Assembly: GCF_006345805.1 (NCBI RefSeq)
Contig: NC_042997.1
Coordinates: 198,834,001-198,898,000 of the forward strand
DNA: 64,000 nucleotides
Direction of reading: 5' to 3'
Source: Octopus sinensis
Lineage: Eukaryota
Part shown: in pieces, positions 63,760 to 64,000 of the stretch
Layout: each line of letters begins with the position of its first letter
How positions within the stretch are numbered: the stretch's first letter is position 1
Notes under the pieces: model-generated
What the model was told of the DNA's origin: nothing
Databases searched by the model: none
The model's input: the letters and a program-made list of their open reading frames with translations, nothing else
Translations under genes and position numbers: made by a program

Positions 63760-64000
63760 TTAACCGAGGTTACCGTGGTCTTTTCCGTAGGCTTTTCTTT
63801 CCACGGATAAACCTTATCTGCTTCCCGCTTTACACTTTACATCATGACATTTCTGTGATACACGATCCCTATTGATCGTTTTTTTACCTTTTCTTTTTAC
63901 GATCCCCTTGATCGAAAACCTACCCCACTTTTTTTTCCCCAAAAAGAAAAGCTCTACTTTGTATTTTGTCCCTTCTGTGTTCAGCCCTATGTGGTTAATA
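63760..64000 (+). mobile_element. Probable LINE 3' UTR, running off window end
   Basis: Pyrimidine-rich non-coding segment ending TTTGTCCCTTCTGTGTTCAGCCCTATGTGGTTAATA, similar to SINE B tail 1. Confidence 0.4.

Overview
Eukaryotic, AT-rich, repeat-dominated genomic DNA. The SINE families and compound microsatellites look like an Octopus/coleoid genome; this is my recognition, not a database hit. Only one host coding exon is supportable: a first coding exon at 17788-17890 (+), MDECNTPSHVVHEHRHIKKCKSATFTLDGTSYTI|gtaagt. It matches the KKCRSATFSIDGYSFTI N-terminus of Ca2+/calmodulin-dependent phosphodiesterase PDE1C. I could not recognise a second PDE1 exon, so 17891-64000 is probably one intron of over 46 kb. 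The rest is mobile-element debris: Penelope-like elements (PLEs), RTE, CR1-like, Tx1/L1-like and possibly R4-like LINE relics, mariner and Tc1 fragments, a head-to-tail Helitron array, several tRNA-SINE families and microsatellites. Nearly all ORFs in the supplied track are microsatellite artefacts. The most interesting signal is a set of nine minimal type-I hammerhead-ribozyme (HHR) motifs, intact to relic, in five unrelated non-coding modules. They include a tRNA-headed SINE whose tail carries an HHR, a 560-bp tandem/inverted/permuted HHR cluster, and a recurring non-canonical core closure (CUGANGA-N...A-GAAAC). No ribozyme activity or transcription can be shown from sequence alone.
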